From NCBI GenBank assembly GCA_035438625.1, contig DAORIS010000004.1, positions 7,497 to 71,496 of the forward strand: DNA of 64,000 bases. The letters are read 5' to 3'. Positions 28,201 to 36,975 of this stretch are shown here, one piece after another. Numbering within the stretch: the first letter of the stretch is position 1; each line of letters begins with the position of its first letter. The position numbers and the translations under genes were made by a program. The DNA comes from Minisyncoccota bacterium. Lineage in GTDB: Bacteria; Patescibacteriota; Minisyncoccia; Phycocordibacterales; DAORIS01. The notes under the pieces were generated by a model. The model was not told the origin of the DNA. It saw only the letters and a program-made list of their open reading frames with translations, and did not search any database.

Positions 28201-28769
28201 GCGATCGGTGTCTCACATCGTGGACAGTATGGAAGTACACGTGTACCCTCATATACATTTTGTTTCTCATTGAGTTCCTTAAGCGCCCACCAGACTGACT
28301 CAATATATGAGTTGTCCATTGTCTTATACGAACCATCAAAATCTACCCAACGACCAATACGCTCGACAGTCTCTTTCCAATCATGAACATAGCCGAGCAC
28401 CTTGCTTCGCGCATGTTCATTAAATTTTGCAATGCCGTATTTTTCAATTTCTTTTCGGCCAGCAATTTTCAGGTCTTTTTCAACGATATTTTCAATAGGT
28501 AGTCCGTGACAATCCCATCCCCATTTACGCTCAACACGATACCCTCGCATCGTTTTGTATCGAGGTACCATGTCTTTAATTGTGCTCGCAAGAATGTGTC
28601 CAAAGTGAGGAGTACCGGTTGCAAATGGTGGACCATCATAAAAGACATACTCACCGTTTGGTGCGTCTTTCTCTAAGGTCTTTTTGAAAAACTCACCGGT
28701 GCGCCAAAAATCGAGTACGCGTTCCTCGGCCTGCGCAACAGCGCTTTTAACTGGTTTTGTATCGCTCAT
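25248..28769 (-). CDS. ileS: Isoleucyl-tRNA synthetase with an inserted histidine-phosphatase (phosphoglycerate-mutase-like) domain.
   Basis: - HIGH motif (PFATGTPHFGH), CP1 editing domain (TTTPWTLPGN), WNISRNRFW, HRPYID, CWFESG and KMSKS (GQKMSKSKNN).
- Residues about 510-705 form a complete His_Phos_1-type domain (RFFVMRHGQAENN; LTELGKEQ; IYSSDILRTKETA; FGELEG; GESLTDVRQRIGEF; VLVVGHESPLWIM), inserted between PLPIW and HRPYID. Confidence 0.9.
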   Translation of the reverse strand: MSDTKPVKSAVAQAEERVLDFWRTGEFFKKTLEKDAPNGEYVFYDGPPFATGTPHFGHILASTIKDMVPRYKTMRGYRVERKWGWDCHGLPIENIVEKDLKIAGRKEIEKYGIAKFNEHARSKVLGYVHDWKETVERIGRWVDFDGSYKTMDNSYIESVWWALKELNEKQNVYEGTRVLPYCPRCETPIANSEIAMDNSYRDIRDISVYVLFELTDRPGVHVLAWTTTPWTLPGNFALAINPELSYVEAVVSKEGKTHTIILAKDRVEEVLVKRGYEISIQKEFPGTELLGLSYKPLFNYFVGHPALEDTKYKAWKIYPATFVEAGSGTGVVHISPGYGEDDMDLAKKEGIPWRHHVTSEGKFSDEIEDLMGRHVKPKPEKPGDHQVMDIEIIKKLAGAGTLFAKEVIAHSYPHCYRCDTPLFYFAIPAWFINIQKSKSRILELNENIHWVPDHLKLGRFGKSAEGAPDWNISRNRFWASPLPIWKSEKTGKFEVIGTLAELKAKVDKKNRFFVMRHGQAENNAKGILSADLHAPYPLTELGKEQVVSAVPELKKLGIKHIYSSDILRTKETALQVAKALGLSEESVVFDPRLREVSFGELEGKDVHLYHKLHETYTAAFAEKMPGGESLTDVRQRIGEFLYETYAKHENDTVLVVGHESPLWIMESVAGGLDVPAAAALRASKQGDYMKNAECRELNFIPIPHNECYELDLHRPYIDEIVFSDGNGGVMRRIPEVIDCWFESGSMPFASQHFPMENKDVFAQRFPAQFVAEYLAQTRTWFYYMHVLGTMLFDKAPFEHVVTTGNVLAEDGQKMSKSKNNFPDPALTFDKYGVDALRYYLLSSPLMRSEDMNFAEKDLDTIYKKIVLRLENVLSFYSMYAKDKVKDGELNTRNLGVLDMWIIERLNETLETFTTHMEMYALDDALRPLEGFVDDLSTWFVRRSRDRLKNEDEDAVVAASVLRHVLHVFSRTIAPSMPFIAERIFAVVKTESDPESVHLASWPEIQELTNTEKEARTVRMEIMTSVRTIVSAVLDERMKANIKVRQPLTKISCSNHVFSHVNPDVQEEYKHLISEETNVKEVVFTEGESDTVSLDTTLTPELIVEGSYRDLVRLIQDKRKEAGLQPGDKITVSLPDTEAMEQILGTWKDELANTVSASKIELSKEHTEATIHVV

Positions 28770-28801
28770 GTATAGGTATTATAACTTTTTCTCTCCCATT
28801 C

Positions 28802-30496
28802 TTACATCTCCTCAACAACAGGAATGGCCAAGACGGTGAGAACCTCTCTAAGAACCGTCGCCACAGCATACGTAATGGCAAGTCTGTATGGCGTATATGG
28901 ACTATCGTGATCAATGATCTTTGTCTCGGCGTAATACCCATTAAATGTTCCTGCAAGCTTCAGTGCATAGGCAACAAGCAAGTTAGGTGAGCCTGTTTCG
29001 TGGGCACGCTTTAATACGTGCGGAAGTTCTGGAAGAAGCATCTCAGGAGACTCAGGACTGTCAGGTGGAAGAATTGCTTTAGGCTTCATTGATTCATTTG
29101 CTGCCTTTCGCAAGATCGATTGGGCGCGCACGTATGCATATTGTAGATATGGGCCAGAATCACCCTCAATTGAAATAGCGTTTTCAGGATCAAAGATAAT
29201 GTCTCCACCAACAGCTTGTCTTAGAATTGAGTACTTGATTGATCCGATCGCAATTTTTTCTGCAAGATCTTTTTTTGCATCTTCACCCATCTCTCTATCA
29301 GCCATTTTCTCAAGTACACGCTCTGCTACTGATTCAATGAGACCATCGCCTGATACAACATTTCCCTTTCTTGAACTCATTTTTCCTCCCTTAAAGCGCA
29401 TCATGCCGTGAGAGATATGGGTGATCTTTGATCGAGCTTCCATATCGATGTCTTCCATTGCAGCAAGCATCACCTTGAAATAGTCGTCTTGTTCGTTTGC
29501 GGTAATGATGACAGATGTATCCGATGGAACCTTCTTTGGCTTATCGACGAGGTTTAGGACAAGGTCTTTTGCTTCGTACGTTGGAAGTCCTCGTGAATTT
29601 AAAAATACTCGAGTGTGAAGTCCTTTCTTCTCACCTTTGTATACAACAGCACCATCACTGTCCTCAAATACCCCCTTTTCCTTCCATTCTTGAACAAGCT
29701 TTACGGCACGCTCTGCCATTTCACTTTCAAAGAAATATGCATCGAACTTTGTACCAAGCTTTGTATATATTTCTTCAAAATGTTCGAGACTTACTTTTCT
29801 TCCCCAGTCATAGAGACTAACAACATCAGGATTATTTTTTGCGTAAATAGAAACATTCAAGTCATCTATTTCTTTTTTAATAGATTCTTGTGCTTCATAT
29901 TGTTGTGACCCAATTGAGTACGCACGACCAAGATATTCAATGTCTGTTTCGCCTTCCTGCTTTTCATTCCTCATCATCGCCCAAATTGTCTTTGCAATGT
30001 GCGGACCAACATCACCTTGGTAACACGCACGTTTCACCTCCGCACCTTGTCTTTGTGCAATGCGAGATAGTGCTTCACCAACAGTATTAGACATCAAATG
30101 CCCGATATGAAACTCCTTAAATGGATTAGGATCAGTGTACTCGTAGAGCATCGTTTTTCCCTTCTGTTCTGTGTTACTTCCGTACTCTTTTGGAGTATTG
30201 AGTATCTCTTTTACCGTTGAAGCAAAGTATCCACGAGAAAGATAGATGTTTAAAAATCCAGGGCCGGCAGCCTCTACTTTCTCAATTTCCATGAGGGATT
30301 TTGAACGGATATAGACAGCAATTTCTTCGGCAATTACGAAGGGTTTTTGGCCAAGCGGCTTTGAGGCAACCATAGCAGCGTTTGCTGTTATGTGACCGCG
30401 CTCAGCAGAAGAACCGTGCTCCACGGCAAAATTTAAGCCTTCCAGGCCCTTTCCAGCGAGATATTCTTGTATGAGTGATTCTATCTTTCCTACCAT
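28802..30496 (-). CDS. argS: Arginyl-tRNA synthetase.
   Basis: - 564 aa with an N-terminal add-on domain, a HIGH motif (FHIGHLMS) and a DALR anticodon-binding C-terminus ending in Met. Confidence 0.88.
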   Translation of the reverse strand: MVGKIESLIQEYLAGKGLEGLNFAVEHGSSAERGHITANAAMVASKPLGQKPFVIAEEIAVYIRSKSLMEIEKVEAAGPGFLNIYLSRGYFASTVKEILNTPKEYGSNTEQKGKTMLYEYTDPNPFKEFHIGHLMSNTVGEALSRIAQRQGAEVKRACYQGDVGPHIAKTIWAMMRNEKQEGETDIEYLGRAYSIGSQQYEAQESIKKEIDDLNVSIYAKNNPDVVSLYDWGRKVSLEHFEEIYTKLGTKFDAYFFESEMAERAVKLVQEWKEKGVFEDSDGAVVYKGEKKGLHTRVFLNSRGLPTYEAKDLVLNLVDKPKKVPSDTSVIITANEQDDYFKVMLAAMEDIDMEARSKITHISHGMMRFKGGKMSSRKGNVVSGDGLIESVAERVLEKMADREMGEDAKKDLAEKIAIGSIKYSILRQAVGGDIIFDPENAISIEGDSGPYLQYAYVRAQSILRKAANESMKPKAILPPDSPESPEMLLPELPHVLKRAHETGSPNLLVAYALKLAGTFNGYYAETKIIDHDSPYTPYRLAITYAVATVLREVLTVLAIPVVEEM

Positions 30497-30555
30497 TGTG
30501 TGAGCTTACCGCATTTATCTATTGAAGTCATGACTGTATATAGTGTACGACCTAT

Positions 30556-31305
30556 TTACTTTTTCTTCAGTATCTTTGAAACAACCTTGAGTACCTCCGC
30601 GTGTATTGCTTCTCGAGAAAGAATCTCACCATTATTCTCACATTCAATCTTATGCCACGCGTTATTTTTCTTTACGATCGAGAGTGCGCTTTGCCGTGAT
30701 TTTTCTAGGTGATCAACGTTAGTCTCTGCCTGATCCTTACTTGTTCCAAGATACTTCTTTTTACTCTTAAGTGCCTCTGCAGCGTGTTTTTCGGCAAGTA
30801 ACTTTTGTCCGAGTGTAACTGAAAGATTGAGATACACAATGGCGTCAGGTCGAGGAATTTTAAAAACACCGTGTTCCATCATGTCGAGCCAGGAGAGAAA
30901 TTCTGTTCGCTTTTTTTCATCAAGGATTTTTCCACCTTGATGAATCTGATTTGCACTCACATACCTATCAGAAATGACAACATATCCATCTTCTAGCCAT
31001 TTTTCGATCTGAGCTTTTGTTTCCCATCGATCAGCAGCATAGAGAACTGAAGCTATGTGCGGATCAACTGCGATGAAATCTCCATATTTTCCTGCCAAAC
31101 ATTCACCAATTAGTTTTCCAAAAAAATTATCGTAATATCTTGGAAAGTCTATTTTCTTAATCTTATATCCTGACTTTTTTAACGCTGCATCAAGTAACGT
31201 ACATTGTGTCGCCTTTCCTGTTCCATCGGTTCCATCAAGAACAATAAAAGTTCCTTTTCTTTTGATCGCTTTTGTTTGTTTCTTATTTACCGGCATGTGA
31301 GGCAA
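30556..31305 (-). CDS. tmk: Thymidylate kinase.
   Basis: - P-loop (FIVLDGTDGTGKATQ), DRY-like motif (ISDRY) and a lid region; 249 aa. Confidence 0.8.
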   Translation of the reverse strand: MPHMPVNKKQTKAIKRKGTFIVLDGTDGTGKATQCTLLDAALKKSGYKIKKIDFPRYYDNFFGKLIGECLAGKYGDFIAVDPHIASVLYAADRWETKAQIEKWLEDGYVVISDRYVSANQIHQGGKILDEKKRTEFLSWLDMMEHGVFKIPRPDAIVYLNLSVTLGQKLLAEKHAAEALKSKKKYLGTSKDQAETNVDHLEKSRQSALSIVKKNNAWHKIECENNGEILSREAIHAEVLKVVSKILKKK

Positions 31306-32479
31306 TATTTTTCTTCAAAATTGAGTCGATCTTTTGGGCAAGTTTGACCATGTCTTTCTCTTTCATTCCTGCAGTTGTGACAGCTGCTGTTCCAAGTCGA
31401 ATACCTGATGGGTCGCTTGGCTTTCGTTCATCAAATGGAATAGTGTTCTTGTTTACAATAATTCCAGCTTTCTCAAGTGCAGCGCTCGCATCTGAGCCAC
31501 CTATTCCTTGTCCTGAAATCCACGTGTCCACCAAAACCAAATGACTGTCTGTTCCTCGAGAAATGATACGCCATCCGCATTTTGCGAGTTCTTCTGCAAG
31601 CACACGCGCGTTTTTAACCACCTGCGCTGCATACTTCTTAAACTTTGGATTTGCAGCTTCTCTAAGAGCTACGGCAACTCCCGCAATCTGGTTCATGTGT
31701 GGACCACCCTGGAGACCTGGAAATACCGCACGATCAATTTTTTTAGACAACTCACGCTCATCAATTCGAGAGAAGATGATTCCACTTCGAGGTCCACGAA
31801 GTGTTTTATGAGTTGTGGTTGTAACTACATCAGCATATTTAAACGGTGATGGATATGCTCCACCAGCAACTAATCCTGCAACGTGCGACATATCAACCAT
31901 AAGTATTGATCCTGCCGCATCAGCAATGTCTCTAAATTTTTTAAAATCTATTACTCGTGGATAACATGTGTACCCAGCAACAATAAGTACCGGTTTTTCA
32001 GCTACAGCAATTCTTTTTAATTCTTCGTAATCTAATACTTCAGTATCTTTATTAACTCCATACGGAACTTGTTTCCAAAACTTCCCTGTCATTGATACAG
32101 AGTGTCCATGGGTTAGATGTCCACCGTGCGCAAGTTCCATTCCCATGATCTTTCCACCAATTGGAACGAGTGCAGAATACACTGCTAAGTTTGCGGGTGA
32201 ACCTGAAAGTGGCTGAACATTTACTCCCCATTTTTTTGGAGAAAGTCCAAATAGCAACAGTGCTCGCTCGCTACAGAGATCTTCTAGTTTATCCGTATTT
32301 GTCTGCCCTCCGTAATACCTTCGTCCTGAATACCCTTCTGCATACTTATTTACAAACTCTGAACCAAGCGCTTCAAGCACATCTTCTGAAACATCATTCT
32401 CTGAAGCAATCAAATTTATGACCGATTGCTGCCTTTTAACTTCATCCTTAATCAGTTTTGCTACTTGTGTGTCTTTCAT
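31283..32479 (-). CDS. glyA: Serine hydroxymethyltransferase.
   Basis: - LIASEN..., the PLP-lysine region (TTTTHKTLRGPRSG) and GGPH are present; 398 aa. Confidence 0.95.
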   Translation of the reverse strand: MKDTQVAKLIKDEVKRQQSVINLIASENDVSEDVLEALGSEFVNKYAEGYSGRRYYGGQTNTDKLEDLCSERALLLFGLSPKKWGVNVQPLSGSPANLAVYSALVPIGGKIMGMELAHGGHLTHGHSVSMTGKFWKQVPYGVNKDTEVLDYEELKRIAVAEKPVLIVAGYTCYPRVIDFKKFRDIADAAGSILMVDMSHVAGLVAGGAYPSPFKYADVVTTTTHKTLRGPRSGIIFSRIDERELSKKIDRAVFPGLQGGPHMNQIAGVAVALREAANPKFKKYAAQVVKNARVLAEELAKCGWRIISRGTDSHLVLVDTWISGQGIGGSDASAALEKAGIIVNKNTIPFDERKPSDPSGIRLGTAAVTTAGMKEKDMVKLAQKIDSILKKNIASHAGK

Positions 32480-32521
32480 TGCAGCCGCAATTCTAGCATG
32501 TCTGAAACCTGTGTTCCTTGT

Positions 32522-32557
32522 ACAAAAAACCGCACCATCTTCGTAAGACAGTGCGGT
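32522..32557 (-). terminator. Rho-independent terminator (minus strand).
   Basis: - An interrupted hairpin (accgcac..tctt-cgt-aaga..gtgcggt) followed on the minus strand by UUUUUUGU.
- Directly downstream of gene 32569..33336. Confidence 0.55.
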
Positions 32558-32568
32558 AGTAATCTAGT

Positions 32569-33336
32569 TTATGTAGCTCCCACCAATACTTCCTTCTCCT
32601 TCTGTTTTTCAACGCTAGCGAATTCCAGTTCGTCCCCATCGATTACGGTGATACTCACACCTGCCGGGACAACGCAATTAAACCGTATTCGGTCCTTCTC
32701 GGTGACCGTAAGATCCTTGCCTCCAATCTTGACAGTGTTAATCAATCCAATGTTTCCCTTCGATATGAATTGACCGTCGTAGAGAACGTAGGCAGCAATT
32801 TCTGGACTGCCATTAGGAACAAAGTTCCAATTAACCACCCAGATGTTTTGCAACACCTCTTGAGGTATTGAGTGTCCAAACGTCGGCAGAAGACGTGCGA
32901 ACAAAACACGTGCATCTGTGAACATATCGTTCAACCAATCGTACCCGTTTGTCTTTTCGTGCGGAACCATAAGACATGCAGCAGCATGTGGATGCGCACT
33001 TGACCCAACCGACACCTCAGGAACTGCTGCTTGTTCATCGTACAAGAACGAACGAGAATCGCGTGTAATACGATCAGTGACCGTACACACCACTCGATTC
33101 TCGTGGTGCTCAACAAGAACTTCAAACATCTGAGAAAACTTCAGTAACTGTTCCGGCGACAATTCACAGTACGCATCAGCACAGTCACCTCCTTCAGTTA
33201 CGAGCGCCAATCCGTCAGTGTACCTGATGATGTCATCGGGTACATTCAGTTGCTGCACAAGTACCGGCGGCAAACCTCTGACAAAGCGCGCACAAGCAGA
33301 AACGATCTTCCTAGGCCAGAGTACATACCTTGACAT
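32569..33336 (-). CDS. Hypothetical protein of 255 aa, probably co-transcribed with thyX-like and dcd.
   Basis: - No recognisable motif.
- Short intergenic distances to the upstream thyX-like and dcd genes.
- Its own terminator lies downstream. Confidence 0.5.
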   Translation of the reverse strand: MSRYVLWPRKIVSACARFVRGLPPVLVQQLNVPDDIIRYTDGLALVTEGGDCADAYCELSPEQLLKFSQMFEVLVEHHENRVVCTVTDRITRDSRSFLYDEQAAVPEVSVGSSAHPHAAACLMVPHEKTNGYDWLNDMFTDARVLFARLLPTFGHSIPQEVLQNIWVVNWNFVPNGSPEIAAYVLYDGQFISKGNIGLINTVKIGGKDLTVTEKDRIRFNCVVPAGVSITVIDGDELEFASVEKQKEKEVLVGAT

Positions 33337-33383
33337 GACTCCTCCATGGTTTGAGACGACAAGGTGCTTACCCCTTAACGCTA

Positions 33384-34679
33384 CTACCTTTCCTTAATGT
33401 CGTGAAGCCCCCTACGCACATCCCAATCATCTAAACTTAAATCAGGATGTAGTGTCACCTCTGGAAATCTTCTACTCATAAATCGATACATTTTATGTGC
33501 AACCGCCCGAAGTGTTGCATGCACCGTTTTTCCAGAGCGTAGTTCCATGACGTATGTCGCAGCAGGAAGACCGTATGTCATCTTTGCTGAAACTAGAAAT
33601 CCCATCGCGCAATAATATTGTTTTTCATCAGCATTTGCAGGAAGTGCGTTTATTGACTGTCGCTGTAATTTAATTAGAGCTTCAGCTTCCTCACGTACAT
33701 CCACAGGAAGCGCCTCTAGATACCATTTTTCAAATCCGAAACTTGTACCAAGTCGTGGCATGCGACAGACACCATTTCTGTGACGTTGGAGATCTCTGAA
33801 CGATCCAAAGTCGATTAGACACTCAAAAGAAAGTTCGCCAAGTTCAGTTAGTATGTGAGGGAGTACAGCTTTCGCAGGACGATTTTTTAATATTTTTTTA
33901 AATGGCTTAAGGTCAGCGTTTCTAATTGTCGTCATTGCAGCAAAACCACTTGGAACTCGTTTTCCAGTGTAGTACGTGAGAGTTTCTGCAACTGTTTTTC
34001 GGTATTCTTCCTGCTCTTCATATACCTTATGCGCAAAGCTATGACCATATTTAGCCCTCAACTGCTTCAATATTTCTTCTGCAACATCACGCACCTCTTT
34101 AAGTGGGTGATATACAAGCGAGGACAGTTTATCGTGTGCTTGGCGCAAATTTGTGTGCCATGAAAGCTGCGTAGTCACACCAGCTGGTAGAAATCCTCGC
34201 AAGATATCAAACGATCGCGCGACAACTGCCTTTTCATACACCACTTCGTTTTCATCTGGTTTTTTAGGAAACGTATCTCGCACGTGATCCTTTACTGCTT
34301 CCTGCGAAGAAATATAAAAGTTCATCCAACGCTCAAGGATAGCTTTTGATTCTGGAGTTTGTACTGGATCCTTGATTGGCTGAGCAGCCATATTGATATA
34401 CCTCGAGCTTGTTTCTTGTCCTGAGTATAGTGGCCAATCTTGAACTGCTTTTGCAACAAGCATCGAAACACCTTCAATAAAAATAGTAGTGGATCCACAG
34501 TCAGCAATACTTGCGTGACCATACCCGACATAGAATTTTTCCATGAAAGATCCTGAGCCTGTCTCACGAACTTTTTCCACGTGCTCAGTTACACTCTTTG
34601 CACTTCGTGAATAAAGGGCTTGCATCATGGCAGTATCTTCAGGTCCGAATTCGTCGTAGATGTGGATGCGGGGTGCCAT
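33384..34679 (-). CDS. thyX: ThyX-like (Thy1-domain) flavin-dependent thymidylate synthase with a tandemly duplicated domain.
   Basis: - The first half has a ThyX-like segment (HASIADCGSTTIFIEGVSMLVAKAVQDWPLYSGQETSSRY) that resembles the ThyX core but lacks the RHR motif.
- The second half carries FRDLQRHRNG (RHR motif) and a ThyX-like C-terminal helix region.
- 431 aa is about twice a canonical ThyX. Confidence 0.45.
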   Translation of the reverse strand: MAPRIHIYDEFGPEDTAMMQALYSRSAKSVTEHVEKVRETGSGSFMEKFYVGYGHASIADCGSTTIFIEGVSMLVAKAVQDWPLYSGQETSSRYINMAAQPIKDPVQTPESKAILERWMNFYISSQEAVKDHVRDTFPKKPDENEVVYEKAVVARSFDILRGFLPAGVTTQLSWHTNLRQAHDKLSSLVYHPLKEVRDVAEEILKQLRAKYGHSFAHKVYEEQEEYRKTVAETLTYYTGKRVPSGFAAMTTIRNADLKPFKKILKNRPAKAVLPHILTELGELSFECLIDFGSFRDLQRHRNGVCRMPRLGTSFGFEKWYLEALPVDVREEAEALIKLQRQSINALPANADEKQYYCAMGFLVSAKMTYGLPAATYVMELRSGKTVHATLRAVAHKMYRFMSRRFPEVTLHPDLSLDDWDVRRGLHDIKER

Positions 34680-34704
34680 GATGGAATATTAAATTTGTAA
34701 CTGG

Positions 34705-35796
34705 TTATTTAAAATATTTAGCCAATTTTGGACCACTCTGTTGCAAGTAATTGGACTGGATGGTGTCGTAAATTTCTTCGGCCTCATCAGTCAACCGTTC
34801 AAAACGGATCTTTCCGATTGGCTGTCCTTTACGAATCACCAAATCTTCAAACGGCCGCACCTCGAGTGTGAGCGGTCGTCCCTTGCCCTCTCCTTTTACT
34901 CCCCAACCCCATCCTGGATCGATAAAACCAGCGTAGTGCGATCGAAACTCACCACTGCGTTCATCCATAGGCACCATCTCACAAGCAAGGTTTGGAGGGA
35001 CGCGTACAAACTCGTGGGTTGAAAGGATATAGAACGATCCCTGTTTTAGGACAAGTGAATCTCCCTGCTTCTTGATTGGTTTAAAAAACTTACTCGATGC
35101 ATATTCTCCAATACGTGTAATGTCGAGTACCCCTTCTCCTGGACGGCCTTCGTATCCGATTGGGTCACTATCAAGGTCGAGTGTGAGGATTAGCGATCCA
35201 TCGTTATCCCAGATCTTCAGGTCTGATCTGTCGTACGGCTTTCCCTTTGGACTCCACAGTAACTTATCCCCCATGAGTGCAATTTCAACTTCTAAGTTTG
35301 AAAGACGAGTGTCGTGAGTAAAGAAACGTAGTTGGTTTAATGAAAGTCCTGGTGCAACTTTAATCGGAAAGGTTTTAGGAGTGATTGCCACCCAGAGTGA
35401 TCCTTTATATCCATGTGGGATTGAGTCATAGCGACACACACCATCTGCCATCAAGCGCACATGCACATCAACTCTTCCACTCGTTGATTTTGGGTTACAG
35501 AATGCATACACCAATTCAGGTAAGTTTAATTTTTCCTGTAACTTTGCAACATAATGCGATCCAACTTTTAGTGGCTCATTAATTGAGTGTCGTTTCTTTG
35601 AAACTTTTTCTAATACTTTCTCAACTGTCTCGCGTTTGTTGGGGAGGAATATTCCACTAACTTCGTAAATCTCATCAGTGAGTGAGACGTCTAAAGAGGA
35701 GGGTTTAATGTTTTGTTCAACAGCACCTTTGACTGCGCCTGCTTTGACCAATTCTCTGATTATCTGTATCGGTAGTGCTCCCTGCTTTACTGACAT
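34705..35796 (-). CDS. dcd: dCTP deaminase, long (about 360 aa, DCD family) form.
   Basis: - The dUTPase/dCTP-deaminase superfamily motif AGFIDPGWGWGVKG is present.
- Overall length and layout match the long 2'-deoxycytidine 5'-triphosphate deaminase family. Confidence 0.6.
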   Translation of the reverse strand: MSVKQGALPIQIIRELVKAGAVKGAVEQNIKPSSLDVSLTDEIYEVSGIFLPNKRETVEKVLEKVSKKRHSINEPLKVGSHYVAKLQEKLNLPELVYAFCNPKSTSGRVDVHVRLMADGVCRYDSIPHGYKGSLWVAITPKTFPIKVAPGLSLNQLRFFTHDTRLSNLEVEIALMGDKLLWSPKGKPYDRSDLKIWDNDGSLILTLDLDSDPIGYEGRPGEGVLDITRIGEYASSKFFKPIKKQGDSLVLKQGSFYILSTHEFVRVPPNLACEMVPMDERSGEFRSHYAGFIDPGWGWGVKGEGKGRPLTLEVRPFEDLVIRKGQPIGKIRFERLTDEAEEIYDTIQSNYLQQSGPKLAKYFK

Positions 35797-35820
35797 TGTA
35801 GTTCGAGTATACCAAAATGA

Positions 35821-35860
35821 AAAAGAAAAAACTCTCCACTTGCCAAAGCTCGTAGAGAGT
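35821..35860 (-). terminator. Putative terminator (minus strand).
   Basis: - A 7-bp stem (aactctc/gagagtt) with a long loop, followed on the minus strand by UUUUUUCUUUUUC.
- Downstream of the small ORF 35885..36106. Confidence 0.35.
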
Positions 35861-35884
35861 TTTCTAATTTGTTTTTTATGCTAC

Positions 35885-36106
35885 TTATGCCTGAGTCAAC
35901 CAAGACTGATACGCACGATGTGCGCTTGCTAGTATCCGTCGAAGTTTTTTCTCCGCCTTGGATTTTGACACAGGATCAGGAGCATTTTCACATGCGAGCT
36001 TTGCCTGTTCGCAGGCATTTTTCCATTCTGGACTTTCGTCCAAAAATTTCACGAATCCATCATCCATTGCACGAATCGCATGATCAACACGTTCTTGTGC
36101 ACACAT
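35885..36106 (-). CDS. Small hypothetical protein (73 aa).
   Basis: - The only ORF in the 425-nt gap between dcd and rplK.
- Flanked by terminator-like hairpins on both sides; charged helical composition. Confidence 0.4.
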   Translation of the reverse strand: MCAQERVDHAIRAMDDGFVKFLDESPEWKNACEQAKLACENAPDPVSKSKAEKKLRRILASAHRAYQSWLTQA

Positions 36107-36174
36107 ACGATCAATCTCCTTTTCTGTACTATATTATACCAAATATAGCTTAAAAGTCAATAGACCCTTTGGTA

Positions 36175-36208
36175 ACAAAAAAGACCCTACGTGAGGGTCT
36201 TTTTTGTG
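36175..36208. terminator. Bidirectional rho-independent terminator downstream of rplK.
   Basis: - aaaaaagaccct-acgtg-agggtcttttttg: a perfect 7-bp GC-containing stem with A and T runs on either side. Confidence 0.7.
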
Positions 36209-36221
36209 AGTTTGAAATATC

Positions 36222-36644
36222 TTATTTAACCTCTACTCCCATTGAGCGGGCACTACCTTCAATGATTTTCATTGCAGCCTCTACGTCTTGTGCGTTTAGG
36301 TCTGGCATTTTCTTTTCAGCAATTGCACGTACTTGTGCCTTTGTGATAGTTCCTGCGCGAGATACCTTGTTCTTTCCAGAACCCTTCTCAACGCCGATTG
36401 CCTTAAGAATAAGAGATGATGCTGGTGGAGTCTTGAACTTCATTGAGAATGTTCGGTCTTCGTACACTGTAATTTCTACAGGGACGATGTCTCCTGCCAT
36501 TTCTCGTGTTCCATCATTGAATTGCTTTACGAATTCACCGATGTTTACACCAGCCTGTCCAAGCGCAGGTCCAATTGGGGGTGCAGGTGTTGCCTTCCCT
36601 CCTGGAATCTGCAGCTTAAGCTTCTTTGTAATTTTCTTTGCCAT
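36222..36644 (-). CDS. rplK: 50S ribosomal protein L11.
   Basis: - The segment [34 protein letters not shown] matches the L11 signature; 140 aa. Confidence 0.95.
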   Translation of the reverse strand: MAKKITKKLKLQIPGGKATPAPPIGPALGQAGVNIGEFVKQFNDGTREMAGDIVPVEITVYEDRTFSMKFKTPPASSLILKAIGVEKGSGKNKVSRAGTITKAQVRAIAEKKMPDLNAQDVEAAMKIIEGSARSMGVEVK

Positions 36645-36649
36645 ATATA

Positions 36650-36961
36650 TTATTTTTGTTCAGTTACTTGTGTCGTTTCTGTCTTTGTCACAGTCTGCGT
36701 AGAAGCATTCGCAGATGCAACAGTCTTTTTGTCCGCCGGTGCCTTCACTGCAAAATAGTAGATGATTGCACCAAGTGGGACAGAAAGGATGATTAGTAGT
36801 ATCCACGGAAGACGTGCAAAACCTTCAGAAGGTCGCTTAATTGCATCAACAAGCATCCATACCCAGAAGATGATAACGCCAACCCAAATACCAATGCATA
36901 GAAGTAGGAATAGTAGTCCTAGTAAATCCATTGGTAGTGATGTGTGATATCCGTAGTACAT
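36650..36961 (-). CDS. Small membrane protein with a PLDc_N (phospholipase-D/cardiolipin-synthase N-terminal-like) domain.
   Basis: - 103 aa with two transmembrane helices.
- [12 protein letters not shown]...[18 protein letters not shown] matches the PLDc_N small-protein pattern.
- It is inserted between nusG and rplK. Confidence 0.55.
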   Translation of the reverse strand: MYYGYHTSLPMDLLGLLFLLLCIGIWVGVIIFWVWMLVDAIKRPSEGFARLPWILLIILSVPLGAIIYYFAVKAPADKKTVASANASTQTVTKTETTQVTEQK

Positions 36962-36975
36962 ATATGTGATATTAC

